Positions 40,934 to 50,422 of a stretch of DNA of 64,000 bases are shown here, one piece after another. Origin of the DNA: Candidatus Multivoradales bacterium (GTDB taxonomy: Bacteria; Acidobacteriota; Thermoanaerobaculia; Multivoradales; JAHEKO01); the NCBI GenBank assembly GCA_965223855.1, contig CBDCXM010000002.1, positions 1-64,000 on the forward strand. Reading direction: 5' to 3'. How positions within the stretch are numbered: position 1 is the stretch's first letter; every line of letters begins with the position of its first letter. The notes beneath the pieces are model-generated. The model searched no databases, was not told the DNA's origin, and saw only the letters and a list, made by a program, of their open reading frames with translations. Position numbers and translations under genes: made by a program.

Positions 40934-41972
40934 GGGCGCCACGGGGCTCTCGAGCCGCGAGATGCTCCATCGGCTGATCGCGCGGCAGGACCTCTCGCGA
41001 ACCGAGGTCGAGGAACTGTTCGGCCGGCTCATGGACGGAGAGTTCGACGAGCCGACGAAGGCGGCGCTGTTGATGGGGTTGGCCGTCAAGGGGGAGACCG
41101 CCGAGGAGATCGCCGGTGCGGCCGCCGCGATGCGCCGCCGGGTGATCGCCATCGAGCACGATCGGACCGATGCCATCGACACCTGCGGTACCGGGGGTGA
41201 CGGAAAGGGGACCTTCAACATCTCGACGGCGGCAGCCCTGGTTGCGGCCGCCGCCGGTGCGCCGGTCGCCAAGCACGGTAACCGTTCTGTTTCGAGCCGC
41301 TCCGGCAGTGCCGACGTACTGGCGGCGCTCGGTGTCGACGTTGCGGCTCCGCCCGAAACGGCCGGCAGGGCGCTGGACGAGATCGGCCTCGCTTTTCTGT
41401 TCGCGCCGACCCTCCATCCGGCGATGCGCGAGGTGATGCCGGTGCGGCAGGCGCTCGGCGTGCGGACGGTGTTCAATCTGCTCGGACCGCTGACGAACCC
41501 CGCCGGCGCGGGGAGGCAGCTGCTGGGGGTGTTCGCGCGCGAGCGGGTGAGGACCCTGGCGGAGGTGCTGCTGGCGCTCGGCAGCACGCGCGCGATGGTG
41601 GTTCACGGCGCCGACGGCCTCGACGAGATCACGCTGACCGGAGAGACCTACGTCGCCGAAGTGGTCGACGGCACGGTGCGGGAATCGGTCCTCTCTCCGT
41701 CCCGGTTCGGTCTCGATCCCGTGGCGCCGGAGTCGTTGGCGGGTGGGACTCCAGACGAGAACGCCGCCTCGCTGCAGCGAGTCCTCGAGGGTGAGGCCGG
41801 AGCGCGGCGTGACATCACGGTTGCCAACGCCGCCGCCGCTCTGGTCGTCGCAGGGATCGCTGGCGACCTCCTCGACGGTGTCGAGCGGGCGCGACGAGCG
41901 CTCGATGGCGGCGCGGCCCTGGCGAAGCTCGAGGCGCTCCGCGACCTCTACGCCCGCGCTTCTCCGGACTGA
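40926..41972 (+). CDS. trpD: Anthranilate phosphoribosyltransferase
   Basis: DTCGTGGDG, NIST, KHGNRSVSSRSGSAD, RTVFNLLGPL and GLDE motifs. Confidence 0.96.
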   Translation: MGEGATGLSSREMLHRLIARQDLSRTEVEELFGRLMDGEFDEPTKAALLMGLAVKGETAEEIAGAAAAMRRRVIAIEHDRTDAIDTCGTGGDGKGTFNISTAAALVAAAAGAPVAKHGNRSVSSRSGSADVLAALGVDVAAPPETAGRALDEIGLAFLFAPTLHPAMREVMPVRQALGVRTVFNLLGPLTNPAGAGRQLLGVFARERVRTLAEVLLALGSTRAMVVHGADGLDEITLTGETYVAEVVDGTVRESVLSPSRFGLDPVAPESLAGGTPDENAASLQRVLEGEAGARRDITVANAAAALVVAGIAGDLLDGVERARRALDGGAALAKLEALRDLYARASPD

Positions 41973-41977
41973 GACCG

Positions 41978-42751
41978 ATGAGCGAGCTTCCCGACATCCT
42001 CGCCCGGATCGTCGAACGGCGGCGCCTGCGGCTCACCGAGGCCGACCGGGCGCCCGAGACCGGCCGACCGGACGCCTACCGACACCGCCCTTTCGCCGCC
42101 GCTCTGTCGGCGGGAGGACGCCGCATCATTGCCGAGGTCAAGATGGGGTCTCCCCGGTTGGGGTCCCTCGTCGGCGTGATCGATCCCGACTCCCAGGCAC
42201 GCGTGTACGCCCAGGAGGGTGCAGCGGCGCTGTCGGTGGTGGTCGAACCGGACTTCTTCCACGGCAGCTACGACCTGCTCGAGAGGTGTCGAGAGGTGTC
42301 CGGCCTGCCGACGATCGCCAAGGACTTCGTCGTCGATCGCCGCCAACTCCTCTGGGCCCGCGACGCCGGTGCCGACGCGGTGCTGCTGATCGCGGCGCTC
42401 CTCGATCGGGAACGACTGACTGAGCTGTCCGCCGAGGCCCGCGAACTCGGCCTCGAGTTCCTGATCGAGACCCACGACCGAGCCGATCTCGAGGTGTTGG
42501 GGGCCGAGCCTTGGCCGCTCGTCGGAGTGAACAACCGGGATCTGAGGACGTTCGACGTCGATCTGGAGAACTCCGAGGCGATGGTGACCGAACTGCCGGC
42601 TTCGGCGGTCAAGGTGGCGGAGAGCGGATTGCGAAGCGCCGCCGACCTCGACCGTCTGGAAGCGGCCGGTTTCGACGCCTTCCTCATCGGCGAGTCGTTG
42701 CTCACTGCGGACGATCCGAGGGCGCTCCTGCGCTCCCTCCTGGGCTGCTAG
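41978..42751 (+). CDS. trpC: Indole-3-glycerol phosphate synthase
   Basis: IIAEVK.GSP, KDF, GADAVLLI, GVNNRDL, AESG and LIGESL motifs. Confidence 0.95.
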   Translation: MSELPDILARIVERRRLRLTEADRAPETGRPDAYRHRPFAAALSAGGRRIIAEVKMGSPRLGSLVGVIDPDSQARVYAQEGAAALSVVVEPDFFHGSYDLLERCREVSGLPTIAKDFVVDRRQLLWARDAGADAVLLIAALLDRERLTELSAEARELGLEFLIETHDRADLEVLGAEPWPLVGVNNRDLRTFDVDLENSEAMVTELPASAVKVAESGLRSAADLDRLEAAGFDAFLIGESLLTADDPRALLRSLLGC

Positions 42752-42761
42752 ATTGCGCGGC

Positions 42762-43457
42762 ATGGCGAATCGGATCACTCCGGCCGGTCGGGTCAAAGTC
42801 TGCGGCGTGACGCGGGCCGAGGACGCAGTTAGTTGCATGGAGCTGGGTGTCGACTGGCTGGGTCTCAACTTCTGGCCGGGGAGCGTTCGCGCGGTGCCGG
42901 TCGAAAGGGCGAGGGCGATCGCCGATGCGGTGCGGGGTCGCATGGGGCTCGTCGGCGTCTTCGTCGATCACTCGCGCGACGAGGTCGAGTCGATCGCCCG
43001 TGATGTGGGGCTCGACTGGCTGCAGTTCCACGGCGACGAGCCGGACGACTACGTGCGCGCGTTCGGCGACCGGGCTCTCAAGGCGGTCCGGTTGACCGCC
43101 GAGTTGTCCGGGGAACACGCTTCGAGCGGGCAGATCGACTGGGACGCGAGATTCCCGGAGGCGTGGGGCTTCCTGTTCGAGAGCGCGACGGCGGGCGGCT
43201 ATGGCGGCCTCGGGAAGTCGTGGGACTACGGCGCTCTGGCGGGGAGGCGCCCGGCGCGCCCGACCCTGATCGCCGGAGGAATCACTCCCGCTACGGCGGC
43301 GGCAGCGCTCGAATCGAGCGGCGCCGACGGCGTCGACGTGGCGAGCGGCGTCGAGAGCGAGCCGGGGATCAAGGATCCGGCTGCCGTCGCCGAACTGGTC
43401 GCGGCCGTCAGGGCGGTCGCCGGTCCCGGCACGAGTCATCGGAGGGCGGCGAGGTGA
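42762..43457 (+). CDS. trpF: Phosphoribosylanthranilate isomerase
   Basis: VKVCGVT, VGVFVD, QFHGDE, AGGI and DVASGVE motifs. Confidence 0.93.
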   Translation: MANRITPAGRVKVCGVTRAEDAVSCMELGVDWLGLNFWPGSVRAVPVERARAIADAVRGRMGLVGVFVDHSRDEVESIARDVGLDWLQFHGDEPDDYVRAFGDRALKAVRLTAELSGEHASSGQIDWDARFPEAWGFLFESATAGGYGGLGKSWDYGALAGRRPARPTLIAGGITPATAAAALESSGADGVDVASGVESEPGIKDPAAVAELVAAVRAVAGPGTSHRRAAR

Positions 43458-44662
43458 GCGAGGAACGGGTCGGCTACTTCGACGGCTTCGGCGGACGCTA
43501 CGTCCCCGAGACGTTGATGGCGCCGTTGGCCGAGCTGACGACGGCCTACGACCGGTTGTCGCGCAAGCGCGCCTTCCGCCGGCGCCTGGACTCCCTGCTG
43601 ACCCACTATGCCGGCCGACCGACGCCGCTCTATGAGGCGACCCGCCTGAGCGAGCACCTGGGTGGCGCGCGAATCTTCCTCAAGCGCGAGGACCTTCTCC
43701 ACACCGGCGCGCACAAGTTGAACAACGCCCTCGGACAGGCGCTGCTGGCGAAGGAGATGGGCAAGGCGCGGGTGATCGCGGAGACCGGCGCCGGGCAGCA
43801 CGGCGTGGCGACGGCGACCGCGGCGGCGCTCTTGGGGCTCGACTGCACGGTCTACATGGGCGAAGAGGACATGGATCGCCAGCGACCGAACGTCTACCGG
43901 ATGCGTCTGCTGGGAGCGCGGGTGGAGGGGGTGTCGGCGGGCAGCCGCACCCTCAAGGACGCCATCAACGAAGCGCTGCGCGACTGGGTCACCCATGTCG
44001 AAGGGACCCACTACGTCCTCGGTTCGGTCCTCGGACCGGATCCCTACCCGCGCATGGTTCGTGACTTCCACCGGGTGATCGGCCTCGAAGCGAGGAAGCA
44101 GCTCAAGAAGCAGGCGAAAAGGAGCACGCCCGATCTGGCGATCGCCTGCGTCGGCGGTGGCAGCAATGCCATCGGACTCTTCTCGGCGTTCCTGGAGGAT
44201 CCGGCGGTGCGGCTGATCGGCGTCGAGGCCGGCGGCGTCGGCGACGGCGAGGGTGAGCACGCGGCGCGCTTCCACGACGGGCGGGTCGGCGTGCTGCACG
44301 GGACCCGCACCCTGCTGCTGCAGGACGAGGACGGACAGATCCGGTCGACCCACTCGGTTTCGGCGGGACTCGACTACCCGGCGGTCGGTCCCGAGCACGC
44401 CAGCCTCGAACAGCAGGGGAGGGTGTCCTATACGGTGGCGCGCGACGAAGAGGCCGTAGCCGCCTTCCACCTGCTGGCGGAGTACGAGGGGATTCTGCCG
44501 GCGCTGGAGAGCGCGCATGCGCTGGCCGAGGCGGCGAAGCGGGCCCCGGACCTGTCGGACGATCGGATCATTCTCGTCAACCTGTCGGGGCGCGGAGACA
44601 AGGACCTCGAGTCGGTGAGAGCGTGGGATCGAGAGCGGTCGGAGGCGGGCGGCGATGAGTGA
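43454..44662 (+). CDS. trpB: Tryptophan synthase beta chain
   Basis: [44 protein letters not shown] and NLSGRGDKD motifs. Confidence 0.97.
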   Translation: MSEERVGYFDGFGGRYVPETLMAPLAELTTAYDRLSRKRAFRRRLDSLLTHYAGRPTPLYEATRLSEHLGGARIFLKREDLLHTGAHKLNNALGQALLAKEMGKARVIAETGAGQHGVATATAAALLGLDCTVYMGEEDMDRQRPNVYRMRLLGARVEGVSAGSRTLKDAINEALRDWVTHVEGTHYVLGSVLGPDPYPRMVRDFHRVIGLEARKQLKKQAKRSTPDLAIACVGGGSNAIGLFSAFLEDPAVRLIGVEAGGVGDGEGEHAARFHDGRVGVLHGTRTLLLQDEDGQIRSTHSVSAGLDYPAVGPEHASLEQQGRVSYTVARDEEAVAAFHLLAEYEGILPALESAHALAEAAKRAPDLSDDRIILVNLSGRGDKDLESVRAWDRERSEAGGDE

Positions 44663-45497
44663 GTTCGAACGTGTCTTCGAGCGCTGTGCACGGGAGAAGA
44701 GAGCGGCATTCATCCCTTACCTGACGGCGGGAGATCCCGACCTCGAGACCAGCGTCGGGCTCATCGACGCCGTCGTCGAGGCGGGGGCCGACATCCTCGA
44801 GCTCGGTGTGCCCTTCAGCGACCCGATCGCCGACGGGCCGGTGAACCAGCGCTCCGCGGTTCGGGCGCTCCGGAGCGGCACGACCGTCGCCGGCGTGCTC
44901 GAGCTGGTGGCGAAGGTGCGGGAGCGTCACGATCTGCCGATCGTGCTCTTCTCCTACCTCAACCCCCTGCTCGCACGGGGGATCGACACCTTCGCCCGGA
45001 GGGCGGCCGCCTCGGGCGTCGATGGGGTGCTCTGTCTCGACCTGCCGCCGGAGGAGGCCGCGTCAGGCAGCTCTGGCAGCTCAGGCGGCTATCTCGAGGC
45101 GATGCGCGCCGCCGGGGTGGCCACGGTCTTTCTCCTGGCACCGACCAGTACGAGGGAACGCATCCGACGGGTGAACGAGGTCAGCGAGGGCTTCGTCTAC
45201 TACGTCGCCCGAACCGGAGTGACCGGCGATCGCAGCGAGCTGCCCCCGGGCCTAGTGAAGGAGGTCAGGAGGCTGCGGCGCCGACTCGATCTGCCGCTGG
45301 CGGTGGGATTCGGCCTCTCGACCCCGGAGCACATGGCGGCCGTTGGTTCGGTGGCGCAGGGGGTGGTCGTCGGCAGCGCGCTGGTCAGGCTGGTCGAGCA
45401 GCACGGGCGCCAGGCCGCGCAACCGCTGAGGGAGGCGGCCGGTGCGTTGCGAGCGGGCCTCGAAGCGCGCGGGCGCAGGGGAAGGTCGGCCCGATGA
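44655..45497 (+). CDS. trpA: Tryptophan synthase alpha chain
   Basis: [32 protein letters not shown] and VGSA motifs. Confidence 0.96.
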   Translation: MSEFERVFERCAREKRAAFIPYLTAGDPDLETSVGLIDAVVEAGADILELGVPFSDPIADGPVNQRSAVRALRSGTTVAGVLELVAKVRERHDLPIVLFSYLNPLLARGIDTFARRAAASGVDGVLCLDLPPEEAASGSSGSSGGYLEAMRAAGVATVFLLAPTSTRERIRRVNEVSEGFVYYVARTGVTGDRSELPPGLVKEVRRLRRRLDLPLAVGFGLSTPEHMAAVGSVAQGVVVGSALVRLVEQHGRQAAQPLREAAGALRAGLEARGRRGRSAR

Positions 45498-46144
45498 GCG
45501 ACTTCGAGCTCGGGCATGTCGCCAGCCGGGTCCGTGGCCGCTACCTGCTGCGGCGGGCCGATGCCGCAGAGGCGCCGCTCCTGATCGCCTTTCACGGCTA
45601 CGGCGAGGACGCCGCTTCGATCCTCGAGGCGGCGCTCGAGATCCGCGGCGTCGATCGCTGGCATCTGGCCGCGATCCAGGCGTTGAGTCGCTTCTACCGG
45701 CGCAACGGCGACGTCGTCGCGAGCTGGATGACGAAGCAGGATCGTGAGCTGGCGATCGAGGACAACCTCGCCTATGTTCGCGCCTCGCGGCAGGCGATCG
45801 GCGAGGCGATCGGCAGCGACGCCCCGGCGGTCTTTCTCGGCTTCTCGCAGGGTACGGCCATGACCTACCGGGCGGCGCTCGATGCCGGCTCGGCCTGCCG
45901 GGGGATCGTCGCTCTGGCCGGCGACGTCCCGGCCGAGCTGGCCGAGGCGAAGGGCTGGACGGCCCCTCCGGTCCTCATCGGCCGCGGGACCGAGGACGAG
46001 TGGTACAACGAGGCGAAGTGCGAGCGCGATCAGTCGCTGCTCGAGGGGCTCGGGTCGGCCGTCGAGACCTGCGTCTTCGACGGCGGGCACGTCTGGACCG
46101 ACGTCTTCCGGCGCCGGGTGACGGCGTTTCTCTCAGGCCTCTGA
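45494..46144 (+). CDS. Phospholipase/carboxylesterase (alpha/beta hydrolase)
   Basis: FHGYG, GFSQG nucleophile elbow, G..D and GGH motifs; ATGA-coupled to trpA. Confidence 0.85.
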   Translation: MSDFELGHVASRVRGRYLLRRADAAEAPLLIAFHGYGEDAASILEAALEIRGVDRWHLAAIQALSRFYRRNGDVVASWMTKQDRELAIEDNLAYVRASRQAIGEAIGSDAPAVFLGFSQGTAMTYRAALDAGSACRGIVALAGDVPAELAEAKGWTAPPVLIGRGTEDEWYNEAKCERDQSLLEGLGSAVETCVFDGGHVWTDVFRRRVTAFLSGL

Positions 46145-46148
46145 CTTC

Positions 46149-46337
46149 CTGTCGGTAGTCTGGCCTCGAGGTTGCCGACAGTACTTGCGGGGCACTACCT
46201 GAGAAGACCGCGAAGGGCCTGCCCGAAAGGCTCCGGGTAAGGAGGCGGCAGCCCGACCAGCTAGGTTGCTGAAGCGGAGGTCAGCCTGCTGCGCCCTCGT
46301 GAAACCCACGCTTTTGGGCGTGGAAGGGGAGGGCGTA
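46149..46337 (+). ncRNA. Candidate multi-hairpin structured RNA between convergent genes
   Basis: Five consecutive stems found by hand (46149-46181; 46185-46213; 46215-46254; 46258-46291; 46292-46335); possible TAGTCT -10 at 46156-46161. Confidence 0.35.
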
Positions 46338-46362
46338 CGTTCTCTTGCGATCCTGCGCCGCT

Positions 46363-46473
46363 TCAGTCGTCGGAGGGCGGCGGCGCCTTGAGGGTCCGTG
46401 CGAGACAGTAGCCGGCCAGCGCAGTCACGCTGCCCATGCTGACGATCATGAAGAGCTTGGCGAAAGGTTCCAT
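46363..46473 (-). CDS. 36-aa single-TM microprotein, putative small subunit of the NSS transporter (MetS-like)
   Basis: MEPFAKLFMIVSMGSVTALAGYCLARTLKAPPPSDD*; GGAG RBS upstream; host-like codons; starts 35 nt after the transporter stop. Confidence 0.75.
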   Translation of the reverse strand: MEPFAKLFMIVSMGSVTALAGYCLARTLKAPPPSDD

Positions 46474-46508
46474 CTCGATCTCCAGTCGGCGGGTTCAGGG
46501 CCGGGCTA

Positions 46509-48047
46509 TCAGGAAAGGCCTTTGCGGTCCCAGGAACGCTTGATGAGGTACATCCCGATGGCGGCCATCGCCAGCATCAGGACACGTGCGGTCCAGAGGT
46601 AGGGGACATTCTCCGGATCGACCCCCTCCATCTGGAGCTTGGGGATCGCCTCCGTGTATCCCCACCAGCCGAGAAGGCCGAACAGGAAGACCGGGGTCAC
46701 CCACTTCATCACCGGCTTGTAGAAGGCCGGGATCCGCAGGTCGGCTCCCTTGTGGAGCTCGTCCCAGCCGCGGTTGATGCCGAAGATCCAGGCGAAGAGG
46801 ACGATCTCGATGGCCGCAAAGACGACGAGACCGAAGGTGCCGGCCCAGTAGTCCCACTCGTCGAGCACTCCCCGCTGCAGGAAGACCACGTGGAAGAGGC
46901 CGAGGCCGATGCCGAGCGCGGTGACCGCTCCGGCCGCCTTCTTGCGGGTGAAGCCGACCTCCTCCTGGAGGAACGAGATGGTGGGGCTCGCCAGGGCGAC
47001 GCAGGAGGTGATGCCGGCGATGAACAGGAGGAAGAACCAGAGGAACCCCCAGATCTCGGCGCCCGGGAAGCCCTGGAAGACGGATGCCATGGCGACGATG
47101 CCGAGATCGAAGCTGCCCGCCTGGGCGATCGCGGTCGCACCGGCGACGCCGAAGAAGGTGACCGCTGCCGGGATGGCGATCGTGCCGCCGAGGACGACCT
47201 CGGCGAACTCGTTGGTCGCCGCGGTCGAGAGGCCGGTCAGGGTGACGTCGTCCTTTGCCCGCAGGTACGAGGAGTAGGTCTGGATCGAGCCCATGCCGAT
47301 CGACAGGGTGAAGAACATCTGACCCGCCGCGGCGATCCAGACCCTGGACTGGCCGAGACTCGACCAGTCGGGGTTCCAGATGAAGTTGAGTCCGTCCGTG
47401 GGCGAGGCCGCCTGCGGCTCCATCGTCAGGATGCGCGCGACGAGGACGATCGCCAGCACGAAGAGGAGCGGCACGCCGTAGAGCGCCAACTTTTCGATGC
47501 CGCCGCTGATGCCGCGGGCGAGGATCCAGCCGAGGAACACCATCGTGATGGCGAAGAAGAGCACCGGCAGGTAACTGGCGACCGGCGAATCGCCGATGTT
47601 CTGGTAGTCGGAGAGGAAGGCGCGCACCTGCTCGGCCTTCGACTGCGGATCGCCGGTGCCGAAGTACTTGCCGGTCAGCGAGAAGACGCTGAAGCCGAGC
47701 ATCCAGGAGGCGATGTAGGTGTAGTAGATGAAGACGATCAGGGGCATGATCACGCCGAGAATGCCGAGGTACTTGGCCCACTTCTTCTTGCGGTCGGTGA
47801 GGATGTCGAACATCCCGGGCACCGTGCCGTGGCCGTGCTGGCCGCCGTATCGACCCACCCCCCACTCGATCCACATCATCGGGATCCCGAGCAGCAGGAA
47901 CGAGATGAAGTACGGGATCATGAAGGTCCCGCCGCCGTTCTGTGCCGCCTGCACCGGAAAGCGCAGGAAGTTGCCCAGACCCACGGCGTTGCCCGCCATG
48001 GCCAGGACCAGGCCGATACGCGTACCCCACTGCTCCTTTTGGCTCAT
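46509..48047 (-). CDS. Sodium-dependent amino acid transporter, NSS/SNF family (LeuT-like)
   Basis: AMAGNAVGLGNFLRFPVQAAQNGGG, GQMFFTLS, TNEFAEVVLGG and AGITS motifs; about 12 TM. Confidence 0.95.
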   Translation of the reverse strand: MSQKEQWGTRIGLVLAMAGNAVGLGNFLRFPVQAAQNGGGTFMIPYFISFLLLGIPMMWIEWGVGRYGGQHGHGTVPGMFDILTDRKKKWAKYLGILGVIMPLIVFIYYTYIASWMLGFSVFSLTGKYFGTGDPQSKAEQVRAFLSDYQNIGDSPVASYLPVLFFAITMVFLGWILARGISGGIEKLALYGVPLLFVLAIVLVARILTMEPQAASPTDGLNFIWNPDWSSLGQSRVWIAAAGQMFFTLSIGMGSIQTYSSYLRAKDDVTLTGLSTAATNEFAEVVLGGTIAIPAAVTFFGVAGATAIAQAGSFDLGIVAMASVFQGFPGAEIWGFLWFFLLFIAGITSCVALASPTISFLQEEVGFTRKKAAGAVTALGIGLGLFHVVFLQRGVLDEWDYWAGTFGLVVFAAIEIVLFAWIFGINRGWDELHKGADLRIPAFYKPVMKWVTPVFLFGLLGWWGYTEAIPKLQMEGVDPENVPYLWTARVLMLAMAAIGMYLIKRSWDRKGLS

Positions 48048-48101
48048 CTCCAAAGGTCTCCTCGGTCGATCCCCTGAATGTGCTGGGTGGAAGCTGGCGG
48101 C

Positions 48102-48130
48102 AGGCTACCGGCGCGGTTCGGGGGTGTCAA
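48102..48130 (-). promoter_or_regulatory. Sigma70-type promoter of the NSS transporter
   Basis: Minus strand TTGACA (48130-48125), 17-nt spacer, TAGCCT (48107-48102). Confidence 0.75.
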
Positions 48131-48307
48131 GAAATCCCCGGCGACAGCTCCTCGAAGGCCTTGTCTTCCCGGTCTGGACGGGCGGCGTCGGGGTCGAGTG
48201 CCCGAGTCTGCAACCATGCCGGTCATTCCGACGTTAGAAACCTCGGAGAGGAGGCGAGCCGGCTGCGCCTCGACCGGTACGCGAACGAACGCGACAGGAG
48301 CTTCACG

Positions 48308-49666
48308 ATGGGCAGGATGTTTCAAGCGTCTCTGGTGGTCGTTACGGGGCTCACGCTCCTCGGCGGCTGCAACGGAGCGGATCGACCGCCGGCTGCCCCC
48401 GGCCACTCTTCGCCGGCTCCCGACGGCCTCTCGGCTCGGATCGACGCCTTCGTGGAGCCGTTCGTCGATCTGGCCATGTTCGATGGGACGATCCTCATCG
48501 AACAGGCCGGTGAGACGTTGTTCAAGAAGTCCTACGGCTTCTCCAACCACGAACTAGGGGTGCGCCACGATGCCGACACGCGGTTTCGCATCGCCTCGGT
48601 GTCGAAGACGGTGACGGATGTCGCCGTCGCCCGCCTGGTGCAGGAGGGGCGGCTCGAGCTCGATGCGCCACTCGCTCGCTTTCTGCCCGACTTTCCTGCA
48701 GCCGAGACCATCCGCGTTCGCCAGCTCCTCGACTACACGTCGGGCATTGCGCACACCAACAGTCAGCCGTGGGGCGACGGCAGCCGGTCGCTGACGCTCG
48801 ACGAAATCGTCGCGCGTCTCGCCAAGCTGCCGCTCGACTTCGAACCGGGGAGCGACCGCCGCTACAGCAACGGCGGCTACGCGGTCGCCGCCAGGGTCGT
48901 GGAGGTCGTCTCCGGGAGCAGCTACGGCGAGGCGATGGAGGAGCTGGTCTTCGCCCCTCTCGGCATGACGACGAGCGGTCATCTGGACGATGCGCGCCGG
49001 GTGATTCCCGGGATGGCGACCGGCTACGAACCCGGGCCGGCCGTCGGCGAACGTCGCCACGCCCGCTTCTACGCCGCCGAGACCCGCCCCGGAGGAGGAT
49101 CCCTCTACTCGACGGCGCGGGATCTCCTGCGCTTCGCACGCGGCGTCTTCCGCGACGGTTTCGTGCGCGACGACCTCCTCGCTTCGGTCCTCGGCCACGA
49201 CGAGCCGGTCTTCCTGGGGCAGGGACGATCGCCCGGGTTCGTCTGCAAGCTGATGTACGACTCCGAACACGATCGGATCGTCGTCAGCGTCGCCAACAGC
49301 TACGCGGTGCCCGACGGCTGGGCGGCCACACTCGCCGACCTCGCTGCCGAGGGAGGCGGTACCGCCTCGTGGCTCGATTTCGAAGTGAGTCGCTCCGGCG
49401 CGTTGGACCGGTCGCTGGAGGGCCGCTACGAGAACTCTTTCGGCGGTGAGCTGGTGGTCGAGAGGTCGGATGACGGCACGCTGGTCGTGCTGGACTCGGA
49501 TCGCTCCTCTGCGACCGCGCTCGTCCCGCTGACCGACGGCGGATTTCTGATGCCGCTCTACTTTCAGCGGTGCGAGCAGGCGGCAGGAGGCGAGGTGAAC
49601 TGCCGGATCCTGTCGGGCAACCCGCGCTACGACAGCAGCTGGACGCCGCTGCCGAGCCGAGGATGA
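48308..49666 (+). CDS. Serine hydrolase, beta-lactamase/PBP-like family lipoprotein
   Basis: AGGAG RBS; lipobox LGG-C; FRIASVSK (SxxK), YSN and GGGSLYSTARDL motifs. Confidence 0.88.
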   Translation: MGRMFQASLVVVTGLTLLGGCNGADRPPAAPGHSSPAPDGLSARIDAFVEPFVDLAMFDGTILIEQAGETLFKKSYGFSNHELGVRHDADTRFRIASVSKTVTDVAVARLVQEGRLELDAPLARFLPDFPAAETIRVRQLLDYTSGIAHTNSQPWGDGSRSLTLDEIVARLAKLPLDFEPGSDRRYSNGGYAVAARVVEVVSGSSYGEAMEELVFAPLGMTTSGHLDDARRVIPGMATGYEPGPAVGERRHARFYAAETRPGGGSLYSTARDLLRFARGVFRDGFVRDDLLASVLGHDEPVFLGQGRSPGFVCKLMYDSEHDRIVVSVANSYAVPDGWAATLADLAAEGGGTASWLDFEVSRSGALDRSLEGRYENSFGGELVVERSDDGTLVVLDSDRSSATALVPLTDGGFLMPLYFQRCEQAAGGEVNCRILSGNPRYDSSWTPLPSRG

Positions 49667-50265
49667 CGGCTCCCGATCTCCTGAGCCTCTTCGGGCGGCC
49701 CGATCGCGTTCGTCAGCTGGAGCGCGGCGAGTACCTCTTCCGCCGTGACGACCCCGCCTCGGGCTGTTTTCGCCTGGAGGCTGGGCGGGCGAGGCTCGTC
49801 AGGGCTCATGCCTCCGGCCATGAGCTCACTCTGCACGAGCTCTACGAGGGCTCGACCTTCGCCGAAGCGGCGGTCTTCGGCCGTCGCTTTCATTGCGACT
49901 GCCGTGCCGACAGGGCGAGTCGCGTCGCCGTCTTCGATCGCCGGCGGGTGCGATCGGCGCTCGAGAGCACCCCGGGACTGGCGCTCGAGTGGGCCCGGCA
50001 TCTGGCCCGACAGGTGAGAGACCAACGGGCGCTGCTCGAGATCCGCGCGATCCCGTCGGCTCGCGAGAGGGTGCTGAGCTATCTGGAGTGGCGAAGCGGA
50101 GGGACGCCGGCCGAGGTCGAGCTGACCTCCCTGCGCGCACTCGCGACGGCTCTCGGGCTTGCCGACGAGACCGTCTATCGGACGGTGCGGAGGCTCGTCG
50201 AAGACCGCCTGATCGAGCGCGACAGGAGTCGACTGCGGCTCGTCGGTACGTCCCCGGCAGGCTGA
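49663..50265 (+). CDS. Crp/Fnr family transcriptional regulator
   Basis: cNMP-binding fold (GEYLFR, FAEAAVF, HCDC) and HTH (LATALGLADETVYR). Confidence 0.88.
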   Translation: MTAPDLLSLFGRPDRVRQLERGEYLFRRDDPASGCFRLEAGRARLVRAHASGHELTLHELYEGSTFAEAAVFGRRFHCDCRADRASRVAVFDRRRVRSALESTPGLALEWARHLARQVRDQRALLEIRAIPSARERVLSYLEWRSGGTPAEVELTSLRALATALGLADETVYRTVRRLVEDRLIERDRSRLRLVGTSPAG

Positions 50266-50422
50266 GACCCTGCTCGCGGCGGCCGCGAGCGGGCGGCTGA
50301 GTGGTCTCCGACGCCGGCACATGCGATCCTGATCGAGGTCATAGGTGCTGCGCGGAGCTGCTGGCATCGTCCCCGGTGCCGGCGCGAGGGTCGCGCAGGC
50401 GTTCTCAGAGAGGAGCGAGTCG

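Noticed and set aside
46185-46340. TPP riboswitch (CTGAGA), SRP RNA (TCC..GGA..GCAGC) or hammerhead (CTGAAG...GAAA) identity for the structured element
   Set aside because: Each matches only partly: no CCTGAT/GCGTAGGGA for TPP, no CAGG-GNRA-AGCA for SRP, and no UH cleavage site or A9 for a hammerhead
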